The notes under the pieces: generated by a model
Told to the model about the DNA's origin: nothing
The model's input: only the letters and a program-made list of their open reading frames with translations
The model's database searches: none
In this document: positions 55,594-64,000 of the stretch, in pieces
Numbering within the stretch: position 1 is the first letter of the stretch
How the letters are laid out: each line of letters begins with the position of its first letter
Assembly (NCBI GenBank): GCA_009840355.1
Contig: VXNZ01000033.1
Coordinates: forward strand, 14,580 to 78,579
Direction of reading: 5' to 3'
DNA: 64,000 nucleotides
Origin: Chloroflexota bacterium
GTDB taxonomy: Bacteria; Chloroflexota; Dehalococcoidia; Lucifugimonadales; JADFKI01
Made by a program: the position numbers and the translations under genes

Positions 55594-55654
55594 TGTTTCA
55601 TTTATGTTAAGCAAATGTTACATGGTTGTTTCAAGAAAGTTGCAAGTCTGTTAC
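55594..55654 (-). promoter_or_regulatory. Six 11-bp-phased nnAAC boxes upstream of amtB (GlnR-like operator array)
   Basis: Minus strand: GTAAC-agactt-GCAAC-tttctt-GAAAC-aaccat-GTAAC-atttgc-TTAAC-ataaat-GAAAC. Box starts are spaced exactly 11 bp apart. Confidence 0.6.
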
Positions 55655-55736
55655 CCATACCAAACTCCTTTTGTGACGAGCCTTTGGAGCCTGTCGAACG
55701 GTGAACCGTTGGTCTACTGAAAACTCTTTCCCCTTG

Positions 55737-55745
55737 TGCTACAAT
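55737..55745 (+). promoter_or_regulatory. Candidate extended -10 element (TGCTACAAT)
   Basis: 29 nt upstream of ATG 55774. Confidence 0.35.
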
Positions 55746-55773
55746 CAAGCCACGACAAGCATCGATTGTTGGT

Positions 55774-55983
55774 ATGGCAAACCGAGAGCAGCGCATTGCG
55801 CAACTTGAAACCGCTCGGGCGGCGACCGACGAGCGCGTCGATGAGTGCCGAGACGACGTCAAAGCAAGTTTTGAGAAACTCGAAGCCGACATCAGGGAAG
55901 TCAGGAACTGGATTATCGGGCTTATAGGCCTTGCCGCAGGAGTAGGAACGGCCATCGTAGTGGCTCTGATTACAACAGGCTGA
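55774..55983 (+). CDS. Small coiled-coil protein with C-terminal TM anchor (XhlA/DUF1640-like architecture)
   Basis: MANREQRIAQLETARAATDERVDECRDDVKASFEKLEADIREVRNWIIGLIGLAAGVGTAIVVALITTG. Confidence 0.45.
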   Translation: MANREQRIAQLETARAATDERVDECRDDVKASFEKLEADIREVRNWIIGLIGLAAGVGTAIVVALITTG

Positions 55984-56031
55984 ATCGGGCCATCGACTCG
56001 AAGACATCCAAGCCGAAAGGAGACAGGCATT

Positions 56032-56676
56032 ATGGAGAACCTGAAAGTAGAAATTTACGGCGACTATGCTTGACCGTGGGTCTATAATACAGCCGTGTGG
56101 CTGGATAAGGTAAAGAAGGCTTACGGAGACAACCTGAATATCACTTGGAAGAACTTCTCCCTCGAGCAGAACGCTCACAATCTGAAAGAGGGCTTGGATT
56201 CCAACTGGAAAGTCTGGGAGCAGGAAGACGCATCGGAGCGCCGCTCGCTCGTATCGCAGATTGCTGCTGAGGCGGCACGACGACAGGGCGAAGATGCGCA
56301 TGCGAAGTTCCACCTGGCGCTGCTGGTCGCGCGGCACGGCGGCGAAGGCCGCATCTCGCTCAGCGACGAGGACGCGATCCTGGAACTCGCCGAGAGCTTG
56401 GGCTTGGACTCCGCCCAGATGCGCGAGGACATGAAGGACCCGGAACTGCGCCGCAAGATTGGCGAAGAACATGAAGCCGCAATCTCCGAGGGCATATTCG
56501 GCACGCCGACGTATGTGTTCGAGAACGGCAACATGGCATACCTGAAGGCGTTCATCCCCGACGACGAGGACGCGGTAGCATCGTTCGAGCACTACATAGC
56601 GCTCGCCAACCACCGCAACTACTTCGGCGAAATCAAGCGCCCGCAGCCCCCGTGGCCCAAGGGCGTGCTGGGGTAG
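56032..56676 (+). CDS. DsbA/FrnE-like thioredoxin-fold selenoprotein (in-frame TGA 56071..56073 read as Sec)
   Basis: MENLKVEIYGDYA-U-PWVYNTAVWLDKVKKAYG...ITWKNFSLEQ matches the family pattern (I/V)E(I/V)(Y/W)sD..CPWCY....... with U at the first Cys. In frame with track ORF 56095..56676 (GTG). Confidence 0.75.
56087..56106 (+). promoter_or_regulatory. Candidate bacterial SECIS hairpin for the DsbA-like gene
   Basis: CAGCC-GUGU-GGCUG perfect 5-bp stem starting 16 nt after UGA, extendable by AU/AU pairs. Confidence 0.5.
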
Positions 56677-56748
56677 ATTTTTAGTAGTGTAGAGGGGCAT
56701 CCGAATGTGGATGCCCCTTTCACTGCACTATCTCCTATCAACCATCGC

Positions 56749-56787
56749 CAACAACCCAATCCTGTCTATCCTATTCATCGATGTAAG
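56749..56787. repeat. Dispersed repeat family A (AATCCTGTCTATCCT..CATCGATGT type)
   Basis: Related copies by eye at 905..925 (reverse), 22649..22680, 24926..24966, 40127..40167, 40405..40435 (inside a CDS), 41338..41366, 59881..59914, 60598..60642. Confidence 0.6.
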
Positions 56788-56832
56788 TTTCCAGCACCTG
56801 TAAGATATTCGACGTATTCACTGACCATCGCC

Positions 56833-57531
56833 ATGCCCGACACTACACCCACAGACACATTCAAGAAGTCCATCGGCAACTTGCTTGACGAAAGCAGTTT
56901 GCTCACGACCGCGCTGACTCATAGCTCGTACATCAACGAACACGCTGGTAATGGCGCGGAGGACAACGAACGGCTGGAATTCCTGGGCGACGCAGTGCTT
57001 GATATGGCAATCGCGGAAGCGCTCTACGCCCGATTCCCGGAGCAGCAGGAAGGCGCGCTGACTTCTATGCGTTCCAACATCGTTAAGGATGAAACGCTGG
57101 CAGCAGCTGCCCGACGCCTTGAAATCGGGCAGCTGCTGCTTATGGGCGCAGGCGAGTTAGCGAACGGTGGCAGGTCGCGCGATTCCAACTTGGCGGGCGC
57201 GTTCGAGGCAATTGTCGGCGCGATATTCCTCGACAAGGGTTACGATGCGGCGCGCGAATTCTGCGTCAACTCGCTGAATGCCGAGTTAGCGGACGCCACG
57301 CCGCACTCGCAGCACCCGAAGTCCGCGCTGCAGGAGTTGGCGCAAGGCAAGGGTCTCTCCGCGCCGAAATATCGCATCACCGGTGAGTCCGGACAGGACC
57401 ACGCACCGACATTCATTGCGGAAGTTTTGGTCAACGGCGTCGCTATGGGAACAGGTTCTGGGCGCAGCAAGTCGCTTGCAGAGCAAGAAGCCGCAAAGAA
57501 CGCCCTAACCTTCCTGTTGAATAACGGCTGA
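56833..57531 (+). CDS. rnc: Ribonuclease III
   Basis: LLTTALTHSSYINE...NERLEFLGDAVLD signature; C-terminal dsRBD. Confidence 0.9.
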   Translation: MPDTTPTDTFKKSIGNLLDESSLLTTALTHSSYINEHAGNGAEDNERLEFLGDAVLDMAIAEALYARFPEQQEGALTSMRSNIVKDETLAAAARRLEIGQLLLMGAGELANGGRSRDSNLAGAFEAIVGAIFLDKGYDAAREFCVNSLNAELADATPHSQHPKSALQELAQGKGLSAPKYRITGESGQDHAPTFIAEVLVNGVAMGTGSGRSKSLAEQEAAKNALTFLLNNG

Positions 57532-58274
57532 TGCAGACCCTCGACTTCACCCTGAAGGGCATCGCCATCGAAGGCACGATAATCGACGTCGAAACCGTCA
57601 GCCTGTCGCCCAAGCCGAATGGGATGTTCACATTCGGCACGCTCAGCGGCAACGCAATCCGCATCCTGCAAGCCGAGAACGAAGCCGACTGCGAGGCGCT
57701 GGCAGCCGAAGTCAAACGCCTCTGGAACACACTCCCCCGCCCATTCTACGCCTACAATCGCAAGTTCGTTGGCGGCTGGATTGCCGATGCAATCGGCGGC
57801 GAGGCGCACATCGAACACGACACGATGGACGCTTGGCGGTCGGTCGCGGATCAGCAGTCGTTGAAGTGGCCCCGCCTGCGCGAACTCATCCGTCCACCCG
57901 TCTTCTACTACCGCTGGGGCATCGCGGGCTACGACCGCGAGCGTGATTTCAGCACGATGCGGCGGACGATGCGCAGCGCGAAGTCGGTGAACGAGGTCAT
58001 ATCGCGGGAGGCGCTTGGCGGCGCGCCGCATGTCTGGTGGCGGCAGCACCTGGTGATGCTCCAAGATCCGGAAATCAGACGGCAGCTCGCAGGCCCGCCG
58101 ACAGACCCCGCGAACACTAACGCGGACGACCGCACAAGCAGGATATACCGGCTCCCTAATGGCGCGTGGACAACGAATCGCCTCGCGGCAATCGTCTGCC
58201 ACAATATGCTGGACTTGCAATCGCAGGCGTCGCTGCTGCTGTGGCAGTGGGACATTACTTCGGTGTGGCTGTGA
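57531..58274 (+). CDS. Hypothetical protein, possibly RNase H-like/DEDD exonuclease fold (YprB-like), 1-nt overlap with rnc
   Basis: IIDVETVSL (DxE), FYAYNRKF, CHNMLDL motifs. Fold assignment is tentative. Confidence 0.45.
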   Translation: MQTLDFTLKGIAIEGTIIDVETVSLSPKPNGMFTFGTLSGNAIRILQAENEADCEALAAEVKRLWNTLPRPFYAYNRKFVGGWIADAIGGEAHIEHDTMDAWRSVADQQSLKWPRLRELIRPPVFYYRWGIAGYDRERDFSTMRRTMRSAKSVNEVISREALGGAPHVWWRQHLVMLQDPEIRRQLAGPPTDPANTNADDRTSRIYRLPNGAWTTNRLAAIVCHNMLDLQSQASLLLWQWDITSVWL

Positions 58275-58342
58275 TTTGGGTGGAGAATCTTAAACCCGCA
58301 GGATTAACAGGATTTTTGCCATCTTCCGCAAGGGCAGCAAGG

Positions 58343-59578
58343 CTACAAGCCGGGCGCGGGGAAGCGGTCGCAGAGGGACATGGCTTCTTCGCGGACTTGG
58401 CGCTTGGTGGTTTCGCTGGATAGGTTGCCTAACACGCGCAGGATTAGGCGGCCTACCTGACGCGCTTCTTGGACGCCCATTCCTCGGCTGGTAATGGATG
58501 GCGTGCCTAGCCGCAAGCCGCTTGCGGTGCGCGGAGGCTTTTGGTCGAAAGGGATGGCGTTGCGGTTCACCACGATGTTCGCCTCGCCCAGCGCCTCTTC
58601 TGCCTGCCGCCCGGTGATGTCCGCCGGCGTCAGGTCCACCAGCACGATGTGGTTGTCCGTGCCGCCGGATACAAGCCGCAGACCGCCCGCCTGCAATTCG
58701 TCCGCGAGCGCGACCGCGTTAGCGCGGATGCTCTTCTGGTATTCCACGAACTCCGGCTGCATCGCCTCGCCGAAAGCGACCGCCTTTGCCGCGATGATGT
58801 GCTCCAGCGGTCCGCCCTGCATGTTAGGGAACACGGCGCTGTTGATGGCGCGGCGGTGCTCTTCGTCGCACAATATCATGCCGCCTCGCGGTCCGCGCAG
58901 CGTCTTGTGCGTGGTCGTGGTTACGATTTCGGCATGCGGGACGGGCGACGGGTGCTCATCTGCGGCGACAAGCCCTGCGATATGCGCCATGTCAACCATC
59001 AGCTTGGCGCCAACCTCGTCTGCGATGCTGCGGAATCGCGGAAAGTCGATGATGCGGGTATATGCGCTCGCGCCGGTTACTATGATCTTCGGGCGATGCT
59101 CTTTCGCGAGCCGCTCGACCGCGTCGTAGTCTATCTTCTCCAACTCGCGGTCAACGCCATACTGCACGACATCGTAAATCTTCGCGGAAAAGTTCACCGA
59201 TGCGCCGTGCGTCAGATGTCCGCCTTGGTCGAGGCTCATGCCCATGATGGTGTCGCCGGGCTGGACAGTGGCGAAGTACGCCGCCATGTTCGCCTGCGCA
59301 CCGCTGTGTGGCTGCACATTCGCGTGCTCCGCGCCGAACAGCTGCTTAGCGCGACTGATGGCAAGCCGTTCCGCCACATCCACGAACTCACAGCCGCCGT
59401 AGTAGCGCCGCCCCGGGTAGCCCTCTGCGTACTTGTTCGTGAACACCGAACCCTGCGCCTCTAGCACGGCTGAGCTGGCGTAGTTTTCGGACGCTATCAG
59501 GTTGATATTGCTGCGCTGCCGCTCGATTTCGTTCTGAATCGCACGCCCGATTTCGGGATCCTGTGCCATCAGTGACAT
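58343..59578 (-). CDS. glyA: Serine hydroxymethyltransferase
   Basis: [24 protein letters not shown] motifs. Start at MSLMAQ with AAGGAG 6 nt upstream. Confidence 0.95.
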   Translation of the reverse strand: MSLMAQDPEIGRAIQNEIERQRSNINLIASENYASSAVLEAQGSVFTNKYAEGYPGRRYYGGCEFVDVAERLAISRAKQLFGAEHANVQPHSGAQANMAAYFATVQPGDTIMGMSLDQGGHLTHGASVNFSAKIYDVVQYGVDRELEKIDYDAVERLAKEHRPKIIVTGASAYTRIIDFPRFRSIADEVGAKLMVDMAHIAGLVAADEHPSPVPHAEIVTTTTHKTLRGPRGGMILCDEEHRRAINSAVFPNMQGGPLEHIIAAKAVAFGEAMQPEFVEYQKSIRANAVALADELQAGGLRLVSGGTDNHIVLVDLTPADITGRQAEEALGEANIVVNRNAIPFDQKPPRTASGLRLGTPSITSRGMGVQEARQVGRLILRVLGNLSSETTKRQVREEAMSLCDRFPAPGL

Positions 59579-59640
59579 TCCATACTCCTTCATTCGCGCA
59601 ATCGCGCGTCAACCCAAGCGAACTTCGTTATCGGCGGCGG

Positions 59641-59916
59641 TTACGACTCCGTGTACCTGCCAGCCCGAAAATTCTCCATCGCCTTCTCAGCGAGCGCGTC
59701 CAGTCTTCCCGCCTTCACATCTTCCTCGAATTCCCTGTCCCATACCTCTGCGTCGAACTCTTCGTACCATTCCCTGAATTCGTTGAGTTCTTCCCTCGAC
59801 AATCGAGACACTGCTAGCTGCACCTCTTCAACTGTTCTGTGCCTAGTCGAGTTCTCTTCGTCTATCGCACCCTCACTACGTCCTATCCTTCCCATCCTGT
59901 TAATCCTGTTACCCAC
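59641..59916 (-). CDS. Small acidic protein, antitoxin-like (LSREELNEFREWYEEFD..WD.EFE.DV.AGRLD.LAEKA pattern); true start probably internal
   Basis: 91-aa ORF. The first ~12 codons are encoded by a dispersed repeat copy. No toxin partner adjacent. Confidence 0.4.
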   Translation of the reverse strand: MGNRINRMGRIGRSEGAIDEENSTRHRTVEEVQLAVSRLSREELNEFREWYEEFDAEVWDREFEEDVKAGRLDALAEKAMENFRAGRYTES

Positions 59917-59921
59917 CGTCC

Positions 59922-60518
59922 CTACGCCGCGTCCGGTTCTATCATCCCATAATCCCCGTCCGCGCGCCTGTACACCACGCTGTACTTGTTCGTCTCCGTG
60001 TTGTGGAACAGGAAGAAGTCATGGTCGAGCAATTCCATCTCCATTATAGCGTCCTCGACGGTCATAGGCTTCATAGCGAACCGCTTCACGCGCACGAGGC
60101 TACCCAATTCCTCCATCGCTTCATCGACCTCATCCTCGATAGCGGCGTCCAGTTCTTCGAGCAATGCTCCCGCGTCCTCGCGCATCGCCTGAGTGCGTGC
60201 CGATCTGCGCGCCTGCGATGTCCTGTACGCCCTGCCCTTGTAGCGGCGAATCTGCTTGTCCATCACATCCGTGACGGCGTCCATTGCCGCGAACAGCGTC
60301 AATCCCGTCTCTTGTCCGCGCAGCGTCGCGCCGCTCGCGCTTATCGTCATCTGTGCCACGAAGCGGTCGGTTTCGGAGCGGCGTGAAGTGCGCCTAAGTT
60401 CCAGCTTCGCGTCCGCCCGTTCGGTCAGATGCCGCTCCAAGCGTGCCACCTTCTTCTGAATGTAATCCTCAGACCTCTCACTAAGCCTCATGTTTCTGGA
60501 AAATATCTGTATCTCCAT
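59922..60518 (-). CDS. hpf: Ribosome hibernation promoting factor (long HPF)
   Basis: MEIQIFSRNMRLSERSEDYIQKKV...; C-terminal KPMTVEDAIMEMELLDHDFFLFHN. Confidence 0.9.
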   Translation of the reverse strand: MEIQIFSRNMRLSERSEDYIQKKVARLERHLTERADAKLELRRTSRRSETDRFVAQMTISASGATLRGQETGLTLFAAMDAVTDVMDKQIRRYKGRAYRTSQARRSARTQAMREDAGALLEELDAAIEDEVDEAMEELGSLVRVKRFAMKPMTVEDAIMEMELLDHDFFLFHNTETNKYSVVYRRADGDYGMIEPDAA

Positions 60519-60663
60519 AAGCGCCCTTCCTTCTTTGCCCAATCGGTGAGCATCCATTGTATTGTCTCCCAACTCCCCTATTCAAGTACGCCACGACAAA
60601 ATCATCCCAATCCCGTCTATCCTCTGTACATGGATGTTAATTTTCGTCTTTCAGGGCGATTTG

Positions 60664-60672
60664 TGTTAAAAT
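60664..60672 (+). promoter_or_regulatory. Candidate extended -10 element (TGTTAAAAT) for thrC
   Basis: 61 nt upstream of ATG 60733. Confidence 0.3.
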
Positions 60673-60732
60673 CAAGCAGTCTGAGCGTCATACGCTAACC
60701 CTGCCAGCCCAGCGCGATTCAAGCGGAGAGAG

Positions 60733-61788
60733 ATGATAAACGGAGTCCTCGAAAGGTATGGGGAATACCTTCCTTTGACCGAAAAAACGCCCATCTTCAC
60801 ACTGGGCGAAGGCGACACGCCTCTCGTCAAGTCCGAGTCGATTGCGGCAGAGGCAGGCTGTGGCGAACTGTATTTCAAACTGGAAATCTGCAACCCGACC
60901 GGCTCGTTCAAGGACAGGGGCATGGTCGTTGCGGTGGCGAAGGCGCTTGAAGAAGGCGGCGACACTATCGTCTGCGCTTCAACCGGCAACACATCGGCTT
61001 CGGCTGCCGCTTACGGCGCGCGTTGCGGCTTGAACACCGTCATCGTGGTGCCGAACAAGTATGTCGCGCGGGGAAAGCTGGCGCAAGCGGTAACCTACGG
61101 TGCGCGTATCATGCTCATCGACGGCGGCTTCGACGACGCGCTTCGCATCGTGCGCGAGCTCGCCGCAAAGCATCCCGTCGTGCTTGTGAACTCGCTCAAC
61201 CCGTATCGCCTGCAAGGTCAGAAGACCGCCGCGTTTGAAATTGTCAACGATCTTGGCACCGCACCGGACCATCTGTTCATTCCCGTTGGCAACGCAGGCA
61301 ACATCACCGCATACTGGATGGGCTTTCAGGAAGCGCATCAGATGGAATGGACGGGGACGCTGCCCAAGATGATGGGCTTCGAAGCGGAAGGCGCGGCAGC
61401 TATCGTCAAGGGGCATCCGATAGAGACACCGGACACCATCGCGTCCGCAATCCGCGTGGGCAACCCGGCGAGCTGGACGAAGGCAGTCCGCGCGCGCGAC
61501 GAATCCGGCGGCGCGATAGACTCCGTTACCGACGACGAAATTATGGAAGCGTACACGCTTATGGCGCGAGAGGAAGGTATCTTCTGCGAACCGGCGTCAG
61601 CTGCCTCAGTTGCGGGGCTGCTGAAGCTGGCTCGCGGCGGCATGCGCCTGGATGACAGCAAGGTCGTCTGCGTCATCACCGGCAGCGGCTTGAAAGACCC
61701 TGATACCGCGGTGAGCGTGGATCCCGTATTCAGGGAAGAGTTCCCCGCCGATACCGCCGCCATCGAAGACGCCATGGGACTTGCATAA
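60733..61788 (+). CDS. thrC: Threonine synthase
   Basis: 351 aa; [13 protein letters not shown]-lysine motif. Confidence 0.92.
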   Translation: MINGVLERYGEYLPLTEKTPIFTLGEGDTPLVKSESIAAEAGCGELYFKLEICNPTGSFKDRGMVVAVAKALEEGGDTIVCASTGNTSASAAAYGARCGLNTVIVVPNKYVARGKLAQAVTYGARIMLIDGGFDDALRIVRELAAKHPVVLVNSLNPYRLQGQKTAAFEIVNDLGTAPDHLFIPVGNAGNITAYWMGFQEAHQMEWTGTLPKMMGFEAEGAAAIVKGHPIETPDTIASAIRVGNPASWTKAVRARDESGGAIDSVTDDEIMEAYTLMAREEGIFCEPASAASVAGLLKLARGGMRLDDSKVVCVITGSGLKDPDTAVSVDPVFREEFPADTAAIEDAMGLA

Positions 61789-61901
61789 TCACATATGTCC
61801 CTTCCCTCTCGATGGGGGAAGGTTAGGGTTGGGGTGGCTGTCTATGAATATCTTCGTTTCCCATCGCAAGCCGAAAAATGCTTTAAGGAGAGTTATCTCT
61901 G

Positions 61902-62105
61902 ATGCCATTTAGACTCGGGCTCTTTGAACTAATCTTGCTCGCACCCTTTATAGCGGCATACTTTATTCCATGCATTATCGCCCTTGTACGGAAACATCAT
62001 CAGATAGTCCCAATATGCTTGATTAACATTTTCTTAGGTTGGACTTTTTTTGCCTGGGTTGTGTGCGTTGCATGGTCATTCAGTCCTGTCAAGAAAGTGG
62101 ATTAG
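61902..62105 (+). CDS. Superinfection-immunity (Imm) family small membrane protein
   Basis: 67 aa; YFIPCIIALVRKHHQ...INIFLGWTFFAWVVCVAW pattern; AAGGAG upstream; local GC clearly lower than flanks. Confidence 0.6.
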   Translation: MPFRLGLFELILLAPFIAAYFIPCIIALVRKHHQIVPICLINIFLGWTFFAWVVCVAWSFSPVKKVD

Positions 62106-62120
62106 AATTAGATATATTAT

Positions 62121-62681
62121 ATGGACTACGCCAAGATACAAGACGCCGTAAGGGAGGTGCTGGTCGCCATTGGCGAAGACCCGCAGCGCGAAGGCTTGGC
62201 GGACACACCCCGCCGCATAGCCGAGATGTACGGCGAACTATTTTGGGGCATCGGCAAGGATGCCGCAAGCGTGCTCACCACCACTTTCGACGAGGGCTAC
62301 GACGAGACGGTCATACTGCGCGACATTCCGTTCCATTCCATCTGCGAGCACCACTTCCTGCCTTTCTTCGGCATCGCGCACATCGCCTACATACCAACGG
62401 GACGCGTAGCAGGCGCATCCAAGCTGGCACGCGCTCTTGATGTACTCTCGAGCAGGCCGCAGATACAAGAACGATTGACAAGCCAACTCGCCGATACGCT
62501 GTACGACACGCTGCAGCCGTCCGGCGCCGCGGTCATAATGAGCGCCGAGCATATGTGCATGTCCATACGCGGCGTGCGCAAGCCGGGCAGCAAGATAGTT
62601 ACCACCGCCGCAAGAGGCAGCGTGAAGACCCAGCCCGAATTGCGTCAGGACATCTTCGCCCTGCTCAGGGAGACTCGATAA
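62121..62681 (+). CDS. folE: GTP cyclohydrolase I
   Basis: FHSICEHHFLPFFG motif; 186 aa. Confidence 0.93.
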   Translation: MDYAKIQDAVREVLVAIGEDPQREGLADTPRRIAEMYGELFWGIGKDAASVLTTTFDEGYDETVILRDIPFHSICEHHFLPFFGIAHIAYIPTGRVAGASKLARALDVLSSRPQIQERLTSQLADTLYDTLQPSGAAVIMSAEHMCMSIRGVRKPGSKIVTTAARGSVKTQPELRQDIFALLRETR

Positions 62682-62855
62682 CGACAATCAGCGTCCCGGA
62701 CATTTCTTGGGCCGGACATTTGGCCCAGACATTTGGCAATGGGGAAACGAAATATCCGGAAACGAATTGCGTGCGTATGGCATTTTGCACCGCGCCCGCG
62801 CCGCCATTGATGGAGCGCCCTTGACGGAGTGCCATAAGTGGAGATAGGGAGATCG

Positions 62856-63839
62856 ATGACAATCAGCGTCCGACAAGAGGATTTCAACAGCATCGCCGAC
62901 GAATGGGAGTGTATTCTACCGCACACCGGCGCCAACACCATTTTCATCACGCCGTGGTGGCAGCAGCTTTGGTGGCGGCGCTACGGAAACGCGGACACCA
63001 GCCTTGAGATATTCTCGGTGCGCGACGGCGATTCGCTGCTGGGCATCGCGCCGCTGATGGTCAAGGGCGACACGCTGTCGTTCCTAGGCGACACAGACCT
63101 GTTCGACTACCACGACCTGCTTGTGCGTGAGGGCTGCGAGGATGACTTCTACGGCGCGATATGGCAGCGCATCGAGGCGATGGACTGGCGCACGATGGAA
63201 CTGAAGTCGCTGCGAGACAGCTCGGAGACGCTGCGCCGCTTCCCCGCGCTGGCGGAGGCTAACGGCTGGTCTGCGGACATATCGGACGAAGATGTATCGC
63301 CGTACACGCACTTGCAGCCGTCTTGGGACGAGTATGTTTCAGGGCTGCGCAAGAAGGACCGCCACGAACTTCGCCGCAAGCTGCGCCGTCTGAACAACGG
63401 CAACGAAGCCACGCAGTACGCCTTCCAAGACGCAGGCGAGATTGCGGACGCGATGCCCGAATTCTTCCGCCTGATGCGCGCGAGCAGACCGGACAAGGAC
63501 GACTTCCTGACCGCAGACCGCGAGCAATTTTTCCGCGAACTCGCGAAGGAGCTCTCGGAGCGGCAGCAGTTCAAGCTATTCTTCCTGGAGCTTAACGATG
63601 TGCGCGTGGCGTCATGCATCTGCTTCGACTACAACGGCGACTACCTGCTGTACAACAGCGGCTACGACCCGGAATACTCCAACCTGAGCGTGGGCTTGCT
63701 GAACAAGGCGCTCTGCATCCAGGACGCGATCGAAAGCGGCAAGAAGACCTTCGACTTCCTGCGCGGCTCGGAGCGCTACAAGTACAACCTCGGCGGTACG
63801 AATCAGACCATCCACGAGCTAGTTATTCAGCGTGCCTAG
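62856..63839 (+). CDS. GNAT-fold acetyltransferase of the CelD/BioF2-like family
   Basis: YLLYNSGYDPEYSNLSVGLLNKALCIQDAIESGKKTFDFLRGSERYKYNLGG. Confidence 0.8.
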   Translation: MTISVRQEDFNSIADEWECILPHTGANTIFITPWWQQLWWRRYGNADTSLEIFSVRDGDSLLGIAPLMVKGDTLSFLGDTDLFDYHDLLVREGCEDDFYGAIWQRIEAMDWRTMELKSLRDSSETLRRFPALAEANGWSADISDEDVSPYTHLQPSWDEYVSGLRKKDRHELRRKLRRLNNGNEATQYAFQDAGEIADAMPEFFRLMRASRPDKDDFLTADREQFFRELAKELSERQQFKLFFLELNDVRVASCICFDYNGDYLLYNSGYDPEYSNLSVGLLNKALCIQDAIESGKKTFDFLRGSERYKYNLGGTNQTIHELVIQRA

Positions 63840-63957
63840 GGCAAGCTTGGTCGACGCTGACCTATTGATGGTCAACCGTGCCAAACATCTCCAGGATATT
63901 CTTCCCATCCTAACCTTCTCCCCATCTTGAGAGAAGGGAGTTTTGCGAATCGTAATA

Positions 63958-64000
63958 TGAGAATCGCGCTGATATGCTTCCACAGCTCGCCCGTTGGTCG
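63958..64000 (+). CDS. 5' end of a probable GT4-type glycosyltransferase (partial)
   Basis: MRIALICFHSSPVG... resembles the GT4/MshA-type N-terminus. Only 14 codons are visible. Confidence 0.35.

Noticed and set aside
54062-55654. Reading the boxes as Bacillus TnrA/GlnR-type palindromes (TGTNA-N7-TNACA)
   Set aside because: Adjacent boxes give TGTAA-N8-TAACA, one base too long. The arrays are clearly direct repeats with 11-bp period (up to six in a row), which fits tandem winged-helix binding better. This cannot be fully excluded without experiments.
55602-56700. Minus-strand ORFs of 142 and 328 aa covering 55602..56700
   Set aside because: They are antisense to the coiled-coil sORF and the DsbA-like selenoprotein gene, which have clear family signatures. 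The minus-frame products have no recognisable features.
57240-58220. 326-aa minus-strand ORF
   Set aside because: Antisense shadow of rnc and the coupled 247-aa gene.
58494-59464. Plus-strand ORFs of 211 and 307 aa
   Set aside because: Antisense to glyA.
1-64000. tRNA, rRNA, tmRNA, transposase or integrase genes, prophage blocks
   Set aside because: I found no cloverleaf-like GTTCRANYC arms, no rRNA-like conserved stretches and no DDE or tyrosine-recombinase-like ORFs. The low-GC cassette has no recognisable mobility gene.

Overview
High-GC (roughly 58-60% by eye) bacterial chromosomal segment with about 60 protein-coding genes. I found no rRNA, tRNA, CRISPR array, transposase or integrase. 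Gene content (several luciferase-like monooxygenases, rhamnose mutarotases, AXE1 esterases, a thiolase/DUF35 pair) and abundant small dispersed repeats suggest a Chloroflexota-like marine heterotroph; this is inference only.

Housekeeping blocks:
- groES-groEL behind a sigma70-type promoter and a CIRCE operator
- dnaE
- a MoxR/DUF58/transglutaminase/ogt operon
- a large nitrogen-assimilation cluster: gltB, gltD, glnA (GSI), glnII (GSII), amtB
- hpt, rnc, glyA, hpf, thrC, folE

Most notable observations:
1. Two genes are truncated in the ORF track because they contain an in-frame TGA at a redox-motif position. One is a SelW/Rdx-like protein (CxxU); the other is a DsbA/FrnE-like protein (UPWV replacing CPWC). 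Each has a hairpin just downstream of the TGA, so both are probable selenoproteins.
2. Strictly 11-bp-phased arrays of GTAAC/GAAAC boxes lie upstream of amtB and upstream of a 30-aa sORF that precedes glnII. They resemble actinobacterial GlnR-type operators.
3. A low-GC cassette (membrane sORFs plus a 361-aa DUF5677-like protein) is ATGA-coupled to a high-GC DNA methyltransferase fused to an Mrr-like nuclease-fold domain. This is the best candidate in the window for an undescribed restriction/defence-type module.
4. A 388-aa protein is built from three tandem units. Its linkers are copies of the genome's own intergenic repeat families, kept in frame.
5. Other points: a ~225-aa N/G/S/T-rich insert in DnaE; a DUF58 gene that appears to need a non-ATG/GTG/TTG start; tandem AXE1 paralogs, one with Ser->Asp at the nucleophile; an antitoxin::Uma2 fusion; and three single-nucleotide frameshifts at short G/C runs, which may be assembly errors.

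Many long ORFs in the track are antisense shadows of real genes, as is typical of high-GC DNA.
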